From a virus (Duplodnaviria > Heunggongvirae > Uroviricota > Caudoviricetes): 64,000 bases of DNA. Of this stretch, positions 19,322 through 30,274 are shown piece after piece. The notes under the pieces were generated by a model. That model was not told the origin of the DNA and made no database searches. It worked only from the letters and a program-made list of their open reading frames with translations. Both the position numbers and the translations under genes were made by a program. How positions within the stretch are numbered: position 1 is the first letter of the stretch; each line of letters opens with the position of its first letter. The stretch lies in IMG/VR virus record IMGVR_UViG_3300028805_000083, positions 37,572 to 101,571 of that record; one strand, given 5' to 3'.

Positions 19322-20287
19322 TTATTTAATCAGTTCTAATGGATTTAAAAATTGGCATAACTCATGTTCATAATAGAAGATTAAATCGCTCTGAGGGTTT
19401 ATTTCCATTCCATTGAGTAGTTTATACACTTGTGGGTAATAAGTGGCAGGAACCCCCTTTAAAATGCTTTTATGGGCATTTAAATAGTCTTCTTTCTCAT
19501 ATACAGTTAATATTGAACTAGAAGTAGCTAATTTAAACTGCTTTGAATGAAGTTTAAACTTGCTTCCTTTATATTCTACTCCTTCAAAATTTTTTATTGG
19601 GTCAATTTCAAGTTTTTCAAATTCTTCCTCACTACCGTTAAATTTTAATATGATTTCGTCAGCATTAAGAGAAAAATATTCTAATTTTGTGTGGATAAGA
19701 AATGAATATAAACTGCCACAGAATTCATTGGTAATCCATTTTTCAAGATTCATTGTCCTTTTAGGATTGAGTTTACCAAAAATTACTTGCCTTGTGTATT
19801 TAGAATGCTTAATGTAATCAAGGTCAGTGAAGATACCGATAAATGTTTCATAAGTATCAGCATCATAAACTATAGCAGGATTTGCATATCTCAATGTTTG
19901 GAAATTTGCTTTCTTCATGTCATATGATATGAACATGCACCCATCTTGTTCGTTTGTGTATAGGTTTCTATTTGAACAAATTGGTTTTACGTTTTTAACA
20001 AACTTATCATTTGAAATGAATTCCTTATATGCTTCAGAATTGAGTATTGTTGTTATAATGGTATCTCTAACTTGATGATAGTATTCAAGAAATTTATTTG
20101 AATTTCCATCAAATCTGCTGTCTATTAGCTCCAATAAATTATCATATGAAGTTTTAGCCCCATACTCTTCTTCTAATAGTTCTAACCTATCTTCAAAATA
20201 AGGACTTTGTAAAATTTGTATTGGTAAGTTATAATCACTTACAAAACGAGTTCTTAATTGTTTCAGTAATAATGTGTTCTCTACCAT
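19322..20287 (-). CDS. hypothetical protein
   Basis: ORF of 321 aa. Confidence 0.4.
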   Translation of the reverse strand: MVENTLLLKQLRTRFVSDYNLPIQILQSPYFEDRLELLEEEYGAKTSYDNLLELIDSRFDGNSNKFLEYYHQVRDTIITTILNSEAYKEFISNDKFVKNVKPICSNRNLYTNEQDGCMFISYDMKKANFQTLRYANPAIVYDADTYETFIGIFTDLDYIKHSKYTRQVIFGKLNPKRTMNLEKWITNEFCGSLYSFLIHTKLEYFSLNADEIILKFNGSEEEFEKLEIDPIKNFEGVEYKGSKFKLHSKQFKLATSSSILTVYEKEDYLNAHKSILKGVPATYYPQVYKLLNGMEINPQSDLIFYYEHELCQFLNPLELIK

Positions 20288-20643
20288 ATATTGTATTTTT
20301 TATAATTTTTATAATTCTGATAGTAAATGTATCTCTCCCATTTCTGTTGTATATCTATCCAAAATTTAAATTTTTCATAACTAGTTAACCCTTTTGGATA
20401 GATTGCTGATGCGAAAAGAAAAAATTCATCAAATTTTAAATTGCATAATTCTGTTGTGTTGAGAATGTTATTCAGATATACGATTTTTTTACCCTTCTGA
20501 TTTAGCACATTCCCAATGAAATACCCATATATTTTCTTTTCCTTCAGAAACTTATTGAGTACGTTTTTCCTCATTTTACCCCAATCATTCAGTTTTTCCA
20601 TAATGCAAATATATGAAAAAAAGTTGAATTGACAAAATATCAA
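20281..20643 (-). CDS. hypothetical protein
   Basis: ORF of 120 aa. A promoter and an operator-like palindrome lie at 20605-20655. Confidence 0.4.
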   Translation of the reverse strand: MIFCQFNFFSYICIMEKLNDWGKMRKNVLNKFLKEKKIYGYFIGNVLNQKGKKIVYLNNILNTTELCNLKFDEFFLFASAIYPKGLTSYEKFKFWIDIQQKWERYIYYQNYKNYKKYNIW

Positions 20644-20778
20644 TCCAACTTTTAACTTTTTTTATGGTTCTTTATACTCTTAAAAGAACCAATACCCAAT
20701 AATGCAAATAAGGCATAAATACCTCCAATTGTCCAACAAATTGGGCATAGTATCAAATTAACCATAATGTATTATTTT

Positions 20779-21561
20779 TTAGCCATTATTGATTGAGCAT
20801 TCAAAAATGGATACAAGGTCATTTGGCTTCAGTTTTTCAACGAATCGTGGGAAAAAGTCATTTATCCATCTTTCCTCGTTTCCATCATCATCAACATCAA
20901 CCCATCCATTCTTATCAGCATAGGCATAGTTCCAGTATGCTGTGCTATAGATAACGTAAGCCTCCTTTGACTTGAAGTTCTCAAAATATGCTTCCCTATC
21001 TTTCATTGATTCGTAAATGGTATTCTCTTGGTCATTCTGTGGTTCTCTACCATCTACTACAAGTTCCCAAGCAGCTTCATATACCTCTTTGTTAGCACCA
21101 TTCATTGAATTCCAATCAACGTCTTTAGCTAGTGCGCTATAAGATTCTGACCCATCTTTCAATTTCAATGGTATACAGAAATTACGTCCTATCCTACAAG
21201 TATTATACTTAACATTTGGATTGTCCTCTGATAATGCATCGCCATCTTCATTGTAATACATTCCGTCTGTAAGCTCTCTGTAGTACTCGAATGGTGTCAG
21301 CTTGCTAAGATTGTCTAAACGTGCTTGTAAGGCTTCTTTAAGAGTTGGTTGAAGCCCAATCGTATCTACGTTATCAAGCATCGTCTGAATGGCTTTAATT
21401 GCCGTATCTTGGTATTTCTTAGCGTTAAGGTATTTGTATTTGACGTATGGCTCTGACTTGTAATCAGAACCATACTTTTCTACTATTTGTTGTGGGTTTT
21501 CACCCACAACCATCAATGAATAAAATTTACTAGGAGTGAAATTATTTTTTAAATCTTTCAT
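20779..21561 (-). CDS. hypothetical protein
   Basis: ORF of 260 aa. Confidence 0.4.
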   Translation of the reverse strand: MKDLKNNFTPSKFYSLMVVGENPQQIVEKYGSDYKSEPYVKYKYLNAKKYQDTAIKAIQTMLDNVDTIGLQPTLKEALQARLDNLSKLTPFEYYRELTDGMYYNEDGDALSEDNPNVKYNTCRIGRNFCIPLKLKDGSESYSALAKDVDWNSMNGANKEVYEAAWELVVDGREPQNDQENTIYESMKDREAYFENFKSKEAYVIYSTAYWNYAYADKNGWVDVDDDGNEERWINDFFPRFVEKLKPNDLVSIFECSINNG

Positions 21562-21733
21562 TTTTTTAATAATTTTTCCATTTATTGCAATATGATTTCA
21601 TACAAATATAAACTATACAGAACAAAGAACACAAGTCACTTGGACAATATGTTGTCTGAGGCTTGCTTTGTGAGTGGTCAAGAATCTCCTTGCTTTAGCT
21701 AGGAGAGTATGTCAATATTCGTTTGTGCCATAA

Positions 21734-23155
21734 TTATCCATGTTCTTCTCCATCGTCAGTATCTATAGCACCTCTTGTTACATCTGCTAAAGCACCTCTT
21801 AGTGTTGCTTGGTCGTGATATACCATGTTATTTGTGTTGTCAACAGTGAAGGGGTTGGCAAACTCAGCAGTAAGTCTATCAATCTCGTCTCTTATGCCAT
21901 GAACTGTTTCATCGTCATATAGTCCTTGCCACATACCGACTCCAACATCTACACCTTCAGCATTATCTCTTCCATTGTTATCTTCCTCTGCTGCATGCAT
22001 TTCATCAATGAAATCTATTTCTGCTTCATTATTACCCTCTTCCGCTGGAATGTTCTCTTCGTCTATCATTTCTCCATCTTCCATTGGCTCACCAATATCT
22101 TCATCGGCAAATGGGTCATTATATGTGAATGCATGTGCTGTCATTTTTTTCTTAAACGAGTCAGCCACGTATTCATTTTCTTTAAGCATCTTCGAAAAAT
22201 CAACTTTGAAAAAGGAAGAGGCTGTATCATTAAAGTGGAAAAACTGAAAGGAATTCAATGATTGGAAAAGAATATCATTAATGAAATTCTGATTAGAATT
22301 CTTAAATCTGCTGTATGTCCAAATATAAGGTTTCTTGTTATTCTCTACAATTTTATTATAGATTTTATCCATAAACATTCTCTCTTCTGTTATGTCTTTA
22401 ATAACAGTCTTATCATTGGAAGCCCAAGTAGAATGTTTGAATGAGTTCATTCCAGGATATGCGAATGATGGACAGCTAGCAGTTACGACACAAGCGATAT
22501 TATATTTTTTTAGAATCTTATCTATATTTTCTTCATTGTATTGCATTCTCTCATTTTCCCAATACATCTTTCTACCAATACGTTTCTCTTGCTCCATTCT
22601 CCATGTTCTATCAAGAGATACGCAACCGCCAATGCAAAGACAGTTAAACTTGCTCAGTTTGATAACTGAATAATCTTGAATTGTTTTGATGTTACTGAGG
22701 TCAATAAGAGCATCCTCAAAATACTTAGGGTCATCATTACCCCTAACAAACAATACATGTGTATTATTATCAGCTAGAACCTTATTGAACATTTCTAGTT
22801 TATCGTGATAGTATTTTAAATCTCTTTCACCAAATCCATTGCAACCATCTACAATGATAACTGTTTCTGTAAGGTTGTAACCACAATTCGTCATCTTTTT
22901 TTTCAGCCTAATAGGTCTAGGCGCATAGTGCGGTGCTGGACCGCCAAATATTCCGCCTCCACCATTATGGCTCTCTTCTTCCCTTTTCCTAGCCAATCTC
23001 TCTTGTCTTTCAATCTCTTTGGGGTGTGTCCCAACCACATAACTTTTTAAGTTGCGTAGACTACTGACTACTGTTTTGATAAATCTATCAAAGTTTCCGT
23101 CAATGTTACCGCAAATTACACAGTTTTTTGTTTTACCATAATCGTAAACTTTCAT
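21734..23155 (-). CDS. Metallophosphoesterase-like protein with degenerate motifs and an acidic C-terminal tail
   Basis: ICGNIDGNFD (compare SDIHGN), IVDGCNGFGERD (compare GD..DRG) and FVRGNDD (compare GNHE). The catalytic His residues are replaced. The C-terminal region is D/E-rich. Confidence 0.3.
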   Translation of the reverse strand: MKVYDYGKTKNCVICGNIDGNFDRFIKTVVSSLRNLKSYVVGTHPKEIERQERLARKREEESHNGGGGIFGGPAPHYAPRPIRLKKKMTNCGYNLTETVIIVDGCNGFGERDLKYYHDKLEMFNKVLADNNTHVLFVRGNDDPKYFEDALIDLSNIKTIQDYSVIKLSKFNCLCIGGCVSLDRTWRMEQEKRIGRKMYWENERMQYNEENIDKILKKYNIACVVTASCPSFAYPGMNSFKHSTWASNDKTVIKDITEERMFMDKIYNKIVENNKKPYIWTYSRFKNSNQNFINDILFQSLNSFQFFHFNDTASSFFKVDFSKMLKENEYVADSFKKKMTAHAFTYNDPFADEDIGEPMEDGEMIDEENIPAEEGNNEAEIDFIDEMHAAEEDNNGRDNAEGVDVGVGMWQGLYDDETVHGIRDEIDRLTAEFANPFTVDNTNNMVYHDQATLRGALADVTRGAIDTDDGEEHG

Positions 23156-23242
23156 ATCAAATAGTTAGGTTTAAAATGTTTAACATAAAATTTCTTTTTG
23201 CAAAGATATGTTTTTTTTCCTTAAAAAACAAATAAAAAAGTA

Positions 23243-23290
23243 AAAAAAATAAGTGATGAATTAATTTTTTTTTTTATTCATCACTCATTG
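23243..23290 (-). terminator. Rho-independent terminator after 23299..25356
   Basis: Minus-strand stem GTGATGAAT...ATTCATCAC followed by a U-rich run. Confidence 0.5.
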
Positions 23291-23298
23291 GCGGTTAT

Positions 23299-25356
23299 TT
23301 AAGCTCTAGTAAGCTCGTATTCAAGGGCATCTTCTGTCTTGGCTACATCGCTTTTAACTACATACTTTCCGAAGATAGACTCTGTAGGCTTGATGTACTC
23401 GTCCAACTTGATGCCGCACTCTTTAGCAAGGTCTTTAGCTTGCTTTCTAATCTTCAAGTCAGGTCTCTGACCAAGCAACTTGAGTGCTTCTATGTTCTTA
23501 TTGCGGATGCAATTCTCAACAGCCGAACAATCAAAGTCGTTAACGACATTGACATCAATGTTCTTCTTAGAGACAAGTGCCTCTACAACCCATACCTCGC
23601 TAGGATATTCACAAGCTACGTTAATAGCTGTATCGTTATTGAGGTCTTTAGCGTTGAAGTCGAAAGTCTTACTTGACAGTATAGACTTAAGCATACTCTT
23701 CAACAAAGTCTTGTCCTCATTAGAGGTGTTAACCTCTTCACTACCACTCAGATAAAGCAGTGACTCAAGAAGTGTCTCACCGAAACCATCCTCAATCTTA
23801 GAGTCGAAACCCTCGCAATTAACGATAGTATCGAAAAGCTTGAACATCTTATTGTTGATAGCTGAGAAGATAGGAACTCTCTGGTTGAATTCGTAATTAA
23901 CGTTAATCTTACCACGCTCATTTTCAATCAGCTTGATTGCGCCAATCTCATCGTTCTCATCAATGAGTTTATGGAGAAGAATAGATGGGTCAATTGCCTC
24001 ACGATTAAGGAAGTCATTACTTGTCATTCCAATCTTAGAGAAATAGCCATCCCTTGTGATGTCAGCACCGAAGATGTCTTGCATTCTCACAAGAGACAGT
24101 GTACCATATTGGTCTTTGCGGTACTGCATTGCAATCAATGACTTGTCGTTATTGATTGGGAGGTTGAAATCCATAAACAAGTAAATCTTGTTGTTGTTAT
24201 CAACACCATTGAAGTTACCAGTCTTAATGAAGGTCTTCTGAACGAAGTGTTGGAATGCTCTAGTGTTCAGAATGTTAAGAACCAAACGACCATCGTTCTC
24301 GTATGCCACTGCATATGATTCTGGCTGTTTCTTAGCCATTTCCAATATGTCAGTGATATTCCACTTGAAGCCCAAATCCTTTGGCAAACGCATGAACATA
24401 CTCATCTTGATGCCGAAATTATCAAAGACGTTATAAATGCTCAGTTTCTCGTTGCCTTGCGTATAAGGACTAAGCATACCATAGTTATGACAAGTCTGTG
24501 CTTCAACGATACCATTACCACCCTCTACAGTGAAACCGATATGTGCGAATGCATCAGTTTCCTTACGGCTGAAGTCGAACAAGAAGTATTGGTCACGATT
24601 TGATTTACTTGTGACATAGTTCTTGAAGTAACTTTCCTCACGAGAGATACACCATCCTGTACGTCCGTTACCACAAAGCTTGTGGCTAGATTCAAATGAT
24701 GGTACGTGAACAATCACACAAGGACCTTCGTTGAAAACAACATCACAGTCTTTAGTATTATGTTCAATATAAGCAAGAAGGTCATCCTTACCCTCTTTCC
24801 AATCGTATGATTTGTTCAAACAATCTAAAATTGCTTGATGGAGAGAGTCAGCAGACTTAAGGGCAGAACAAGTGCTATAGAACTTGTTCTTGATTCCCAT
24901 AGGCTTCTTGTTGAACGACTTAAATACATCGTACCATTTTTTAATATTGGCATCATTATATGCCTCAATAGGTGTATACTCCTTACCTAAGATAGACTCT
25001 GTTAAAATCTTTCTCTGGTCGGTGTTGAAGCGTGAAATGATATTCTTAATAAACGCAATACGGTCAACACCTTCAATCTCTTTAAGTAACTGCGCAATAC
25101 CACTTTTATTAGAGTATGATACCACGTTCTTCTTTTCGAGCTTACTAATCAGATTGCTGTTACCAACAATCCAATTGTGGATATGCTCAAGCTCTTCAAA
25201 CGTCATAGACTGAGAGAAAATCATTCTAACAGCCCAAATCTGATAGTTTGACTGACCATCGAACATTTCACATACCTTAATAAACAATTTGTTAGTCTCT
25301 GGATTGATGCCATACTTATCAATCAAAGGCTGCATCTGTTTTTTGTTATAAGTCAT
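23299..25356 (-). CDS. Large hypothetical protein with C-terminal ankyrin-like repeats, paralogous to 25691-28153
   Basis: 685 aa. The block TGWCISREESYFKNYV is shared with TNWCISKNKTYWNNYI in the neighbouring gene. Confidence 0.5.
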   Translation of the reverse strand: MTYNKKQMQPLIDKYGINPETNKLFIKVCEMFDGQSNYQIWAVRMIFSQSMTFEELEHIHNWIVGNSNLISKLEKKNVVSYSNKSGIAQLLKEIEGVDRIAFIKNIISRFNTDQRKILTESILGKEYTPIEAYNDANIKKWYDVFKSFNKKPMGIKNKFYSTCSALKSADSLHQAILDCLNKSYDWKEGKDDLLAYIEHNTKDCDVVFNEGPCVIVHVPSFESSHKLCGNGRTGWCISREESYFKNYVTSKSNRDQYFLFDFSRKETDAFAHIGFTVEGGNGIVEAQTCHNYGMLSPYTQGNEKLSIYNVFDNFGIKMSMFMRLPKDLGFKWNITDILEMAKKQPESYAVAYENDGRLVLNILNTRAFQHFVQKTFIKTGNFNGVDNNNKIYLFMDFNLPINNDKSLIAMQYRKDQYGTLSLVRMQDIFGADITRDGYFSKIGMTSNDFLNREAIDPSILLHKLIDENDEIGAIKLIENERGKINVNYEFNQRVPIFSAINNKMFKLFDTIVNCEGFDSKIEDGFGETLLESLLYLSGSEEVNTSNEDKTLLKSMLKSILSSKTFDFNAKDLNNDTAINVACEYPSEVWVVEALVSKKNIDVNVVNDFDCSAVENCIRNKNIEALKLLGQRPDLKIRKQAKDLAKECGIKLDEYIKPTESIFGKYVVKSDVAKTEDALEYELTRA

Positions 25357-25449
25357 TGTTTATGAAATAATTTAAATTTGTTTCTTGTTTGTTTTGTGCA
25401 AATATATATCTATTTTTTCAATCTACCAAATTTTTTTGGTTAACAAAAC

Positions 25450-25632
25450 TTAAAAGCATGAAAAAAATATCGTCCATGCGACAATAATCACTATCATCAT
25501 AAGGAAAGATATAATTGCACCATTCTTGGATTCATCCTCATTAAATGCAATAACCCTAACCGCCTTACTGAACTTATCATTAATGAAAAACACTGTAAAG
25601 GCAATCGCAATAAATAATACAAATGTTTTCAT
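25450..25632 (-). CDS. small membrane protein
   Basis: 60 aa with two hydrophobic segments. Confidence 0.3.
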   Translation of the reverse strand: MKTFVLFIAIAFTVFFINDKFSKAVRVIAFNEDESKNGAIISFLMMIVIIVAWTIFFSCF

Positions 25633-25690
25633 TTCTTAAATTTTAAAGTGTGGTGTGCTGTTGCACACACCACTTATTTTAGAATGGAGG

Positions 25691-28153
25691 CTATGCCAAA
25701 TCTACTGTATATATACTATTGTTAACAGTAACGTGAACTGAAGAAAAAGTCTCTTGTTCTTTTTTGAACTTTATATCTGATTCATATATAGGAGTAATCC
25801 AAGAATATTTCTCAGCTAGACCCTTAATAGTATCTTGCATTTCCTCGTCACCGAATCGAGCAAAGTAAGACACAATATAAAAAGAAAAATCTCTCTTTTC
25901 TGACATATTAACATTATTAAGCATCAGATACATGAGTTCCTTGATAAGAGGACCAGTTAATCCAGAGTTGTATATGTTACTGAGAATTTTACAGTATATT
26001 CTACCGAAGTCCGAATCTTTTTTGTTCTCGTGTGTAATAATCTCCTTAACAATAAGGTAATTACCAACATACAAAACATCGTTGCGGTTTTTCAATGACT
26101 CATTATAAAAAGCCTCGATGCGTTCTTCATTCGGCTTTTCCATCACTGAATTACGATACAATTGTCTACTAGCAGATTTAAGGTTATTAAATGTTCCTTT
26201 CAAAATTTCTGCTATGTAACTAGAATCTATATACTCACTAAGATAATGACCATTATCGTAGATAATATTAAGATAATCAAATGATAAGAAGTCTACAACT
26301 GACAGATATACCGTGTGATAGATTGTTTCTTGCTCAAAGTATTCCATCATTGCCTTATGCAAGCAATTTTTTTCTTTCTTGATGCAATCCTTTATCATGC
26401 TTACATTGAAACTAGTGAAAGCATTTCTAACTTTCTTATTGATGTCATCAGTTCTCTTGATAATATCATAAGGTACGCCAAACTCAATTAACTTAGAATC
26501 AAAGTTCGCATTAATATGCATTGAGGATTCATTATACATGTAACTGCAATAATCCTCTTCTGAACCGCCACCATCATATATGATGCCAAAAATCAGTTTA
26601 TTTGGGTCATACTGACTCATGGTGAAATCAGCGAATATAATGTGCTGCTCTTCATAATCATCAGATGAAATATTATCCATGTAAGCATCGCCTAGGAAAT
26701 ATTTGATGTTCTCGTCACGAATTGACAATACAAGTTTGTCACCATCGTATTTAATAACATCTACATTATTTTTGTCAACGCACTCATAAAGATAAGACAT
26801 TAAATCCTCATAGTTCCACTTGTATTGTGGCTTATCATAATGCGCAACTAGAGTAATGTCAATACCACAATTCTGGAGTATCTTGTAGATACTATTGCTA
26901 CCATTAAATCTAGCAATGTATGACTTTAGCATAAGTGTGTTTATATTGTTACCATCATCCATCAAATTGTCATTGATGAAGTTGTGTGCCGAAGTAATAC
27001 CCTTGTTGTATGTGGTAGTAAAACCTACAATAGAGAGTTTATCATCCTCAAGTTTTGAGAAGTCAAAAATCATATATTGTATTGCCTTACCATGATTGTT
27101 CTCAATATAGTTATTCCAATATGTTTTATTTTTGGAAATACACCAGTTGGTTGTTTTACCTAACTGCTTAATGGTTTCGTAGTCTGTTACCTTAACAAGA
27201 ACAACAAAATCATTTTCATAGATAACCTCATAGTTAATGCCCTCTACATTCTTTATAAAATCCATGAATGACTCCTTACTCCAATCAAAATGAACACTTG
27301 TGACGTGCCTCATTTGACGCATAAGCTCTTGGTAGTCATCAATTGTTGATACTTTTCTGATGAAGTTAGTCTTTTTTGTCTCAGAAAGTTTAGAGAATCT
27401 TGCCAATGTGTTCTTATCAGTGCTTGATAATTCATTGGTTTTCAACAGCTTTTTCTGGGTTGTGTTAAATGAGTTTATGGCATCGTTAACTCTTTTCTCA
27501 TTTCTGAGAATTGCAAGTTCTTCCATAAGGCTATTTATACTTTCTTGGCTTGTATAAGCCGTAATAGTGCCTTTTGATAGATTCTTTGTTAACTGCTTAT
27601 AGTGTTCATTCCAAGTGAGGATATTAAGAATGGTACGCATAGAGCACCCAGCCTTGAAGTATAAATCCATAGCCCATTGAAAGAAGTATTTAGAACCCTC
27701 AGTATAGATGTAAATTCTTTTGAGTTTAATATCATTAGTATTTACACCATACTTATCAACAAGGCTATTTATCATTTTAGAATTTCCCTTCAAAAATGCT
27801 GCATAGTCTTTGTCAAACGAATTAGGAAGAAGTGTTATTTCACTGAATAAGCTATCATATCCACTAAATCCATCACCGTCTTTTGTTACCTCTAACACCC
27901 TACTATGAGTAACCCCACCCAATTCTTCATGCATTTCTTTGGATAAACCACATAGGGTAGAAATGCCATAATGGTTTTGATTATAGCAAGGATTAAAGAT
28001 ATACAATCGCTCTCCTATCTTTGAGTCAGGTTTTGTCTTTATAACCTCACAGATGTCAAAGCCGTGCTCTCCACATCTGATTAAGACTTTTCTAAGAGAG
28101 CAATCAGACACCCTCCATAGATGTCTGATTCCTCTTATATTAGTACCTATCAT
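25691..28153 (-). CDS. Large hypothetical protein, paralogous to 23299-25356
   Basis: 820 aa with a shared internal domain. Confidence 0.5.
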   Translation of the reverse strand: MIGTNIRGIRHLWRVSDCSLRKVLIRCGEHGFDICEVIKTKPDSKIGERLYIFNPCYNQNHYGISTLCGLSKEMHEELGGVTHSRVLEVTKDGDGFSGYDSLFSEITLLPNSFDKDYAAFLKGNSKMINSLVDKYGVNTNDIKLKRIYIYTEGSKYFFQWAMDLYFKAGCSMRTILNILTWNEHYKQLTKNLSKGTITAYTSQESINSLMEELAILRNEKRVNDAINSFNTTQKKLLKTNELSSTDKNTLARFSKLSETKKTNFIRKVSTIDDYQELMRQMRHVTSVHFDWSKESFMDFIKNVEGINYEVIYENDFVVLVKVTDYETIKQLGKTTNWCISKNKTYWNNYIENNHGKAIQYMIFDFSKLEDDKLSIVGFTTTYNKGITSAHNFINDNLMDDGNNINTLMLKSYIARFNGSNSIYKILQNCGIDITLVAHYDKPQYKWNYEDLMSYLYECVDKNNVDVIKYDGDKLVLSIRDENIKYFLGDAYMDNISSDDYEEQHIIFADFTMSQYDPNKLIFGIIYDGGGSEEDYCSYMYNESSMHINANFDSKLIEFGVPYDIIKRTDDINKKVRNAFTSFNVSMIKDCIKKEKNCLHKAMMEYFEQETIYHTVYLSVVDFLSFDYLNIIYDNGHYLSEYIDSSYIAEILKGTFNNLKSASRQLYRNSVMEKPNEERIEAFYNESLKNRNDVLYVGNYLIVKEIITHENKKDSDFGRIYCKILSNIYNSGLTGPLIKELMYLMLNNVNMSEKRDFSFYIVSYFARFGDEEMQDTIKGLAEKYSWITPIYESDIKFKKEQETFSSVHVTVNNSIYTVDLA

Positions 28154-28162
28154 AAAGTATTG

Positions 28163-29608
28163 TTAGAATTTAATTTCGTTACTAAATTTCTCTGTGATAG
28201 CCTTTTCAAATTCATCGAACTTGATGTTAGACTTTTCACACAGACCCTTTACAGCCTCAAGAACCTCTTCTTTGATTGCAAGTATATGAGAATCATAACG
28301 ATTAACAATATACTTGACAGACTCAAATTTGAGTTCATCCTCTTTCTTGGTTGTGGTAGTTGTGGTACGTGTCTGCTGACCGTATCCATAATAGCTTCTA
28401 CGACTATTGTCACCAAGGTCTTGGAGCATTTCTGTATCGTCAACAACGACACGCTCGTATGTACCGTTATTGTTACGTCTGAACGAGTTCTCGGTACGAG
28501 TAGTCCAGCTACTTCCAACGTGCTTCAACTTATGCTCTGTGCAACCAATATTGTCAATAAGGTCAATACCCATACCGCAAGCTTGGTCCATATCCTCAAT
28601 AATGATATACTCACTTGGACAGTGTGCATTATATCCACCATTACCAAAGTTCATACAGATAATATCTGTCTTCTCACGAATGTTCTTAACATCGGTGTAA
28701 GGCTCTGAGAAGAAGCAACCCTTGGTAAGACCCCAACGGTCACACACCTCTTTCATGTGCTTTGTATAGAACTCGTAACTAAACAGCTTAACGCCACTAC
28801 AAGACCATGCAGCACGATAAAGGTCTGGAGAGTCATAACCGATTACATAACCAACGTCCTTGAACCAATCCAAGTCAAGTGCGTCAGAACCATGACAACC
28901 AGTTTCCTCATCCAAGAAGAAACAAGCCTTGAGTTTATCAAGATGGTCAAACATTGACAGACAGATGCAGACACCACTTTTATCGTCAGCACCGATACCT
29001 ATTGCTGCACCACCGTTTGCATCCACACTTACCTTGTGGTAGCCCTCCTTGGTTCTCTCAGTCTTGAGGTCAAGAGGTACACCAGCGTAGATGTATGGGT
29101 CTTGTTTGTCTTGCACTGTGTCCAAGTGTGACGTTACACAAGGATAGAACTCACCTTCTGCAAGCTCACCCTTTGTGAGATATACGTTTCCGAAATCGTC
29201 AAACTCGTATTTGACACCATTTCTTCTCGCCCACAAAATGATAAACGTAACCATGCGATACTCTTTCTTTGAATGAGTTGGCACGGACATACAATCATAC
29301 ACGAAGTCCTTGTTCAAATAGAGCAACTGCATATCATCATCCTTTGGGTCTTCAGGCAGTTCCACTTTCTTTTTCTCTTCGCTGGGCTTTGACTCATTTG
29401 AGTTATTAGCATTTGTTGCTGCATTTGCTTCAGCATTTTCAGCACCCTTATTCTCTACATTCTCATTAGAGTCATTTTTCTGTTCTTTCTCAGCCTCATT
29501 AGGAATGTTTACATTTTCCTCATAAGGTGTGTTGGCAACAACATTGCCATTCTCATTTAATTTACTTGAGTCAGCCATTTCTATTATATATTTAATAAGT
29601 TTTTGCAA
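28163..29608 (-). CDS. M20/M28/M42-family metallopeptidase-like protein with an acidic low-complexity N-terminus
   Basis: TSHLDTV (H-x-D), GIGADDKSGV (D-D-K), FFLDEETGCHGS (E-E) and a C-terminal NAHCP His. Confidence 0.45.
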   Translation of the reverse strand: MQKLIKYIIEMADSSKLNENGNVVANTPYEENVNIPNEAEKEQKNDSNENVENKGAENAEANAATNANNSNESKPSEEKKKVELPEDPKDDDMQLLYLNKDFVYDCMSVPTHSKKEYRMVTFIILWARRNGVKYEFDDFGNVYLTKGELAEGEFYPCVTSHLDTVQDKQDPYIYAGVPLDLKTERTKEGYHKVSVDANGGAAIGIGADDKSGVCICLSMFDHLDKLKACFFLDEETGCHGSDALDLDWFKDVGYVIGYDSPDLYRAAWSCSGVKLFSYEFYTKHMKEVCDRWGLTKGCFFSEPYTDVKNIREKTDIICMNFGNGGYNAHCPSEYIIIEDMDQACGMGIDLIDNIGCTEHKLKHVGSSWTTRTENSFRRNNNGTYERVVVDDTEMLQDLGDNSRRSYYGYGQQTRTTTTTTKKEDELKFESVKYIVNRYDSHILAIKEEVLEAVKGLCEKSNIKFDEFEKAITEKFSNEIKF

Positions 29609-29671
29609 AGATATAAATTTTTATTGGTTAAACAAATTATTGATAAAAACTTTAACATTTTTTAACTCAAA

Positions 29672-29917
29672 TCACTCGATGATTGCACAAGCCACAAGTG
29701 GCGAGTGCTTTTCTTTCGGTGCTATCTGAATTCGTGTTTCTTTCCTTTTCCCTATTGTAATATCTTTCTCACAACAATTTTTAGTGGCAACATTCACTCC
29801 AATCTTATAACCAAGTTCCTTGATGAGACTAATTCTAAAATTAATTTCTTTAACATGGTCTATGAAGTAATTTATGTCCCTAATATCCCTAGATATGTCC
29901 TTGACTTTCTTACCCAT
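29672..29917 (-). CDS. hypothetical protein
   Basis: ORF of 81 aa. Confidence 0.35.
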   Translation of the reverse strand: MGKKVKDISRDIRDINYFIDHVKEINFRISLIKELGYKIGVNVATKNCCEKDITIGKRKETRIQIAPKEKHSPLVACAIIE

Positions 29918-30272
29918 TGTGTAATACTGAGTTTAGAAGTGTTTTTTTGTCTTGGGGTGAGAGTTTAAACCATTTACTTGAAAAATGAGACAAACCAAAC
30001 TGATTCTTAATCTTAGTTTTGTCTATATTCGCCAATGCGTCATAAGTCCTAATTAATTCACCTTTAAGTAATATATTCCTTTGATGAGAAGTCAAATCAT
30101 TGAATATGTTTGACCAATCATTTGTTGGTAAATGATACTTTGCAAATATGTGCTTATATTTGGAACTTGTACGTAGCCTTTCTGTAACGGTTTTTTTGTT
30201 CCATCTGTCACTCGCTCTTTTTTCTATTGAGGTATGTGATAAAAGATTACTGATGTTTTCATTATCGTTCAT
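29910..30272 (-). CDS. hypothetical protein
   Basis: ORF of 120 aa. Confidence 0.4.
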   Translation of the reverse strand: MNDNENISNLLSHTSIEKRASDRWNKKTVTERLRTSSKYKHIFAKYHLPTNDWSNIFNDLTSHQRNILLKGELIRTYDALANIDKTKIKNQFGLSHFSSKWFKLSPQDKKTLLNSVLHNG

Positions 30273-30274
30273 TA

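Noticed and set aside
28163-29608. DNA ligase or adenylyltransferase call, because of the acidic N-terminus and a K-rich segment
   Set aside because: No KxDG motif is present. The H-x-D / D-D-K / E-E / H pattern fits M20/M42 metallopeptidases better.
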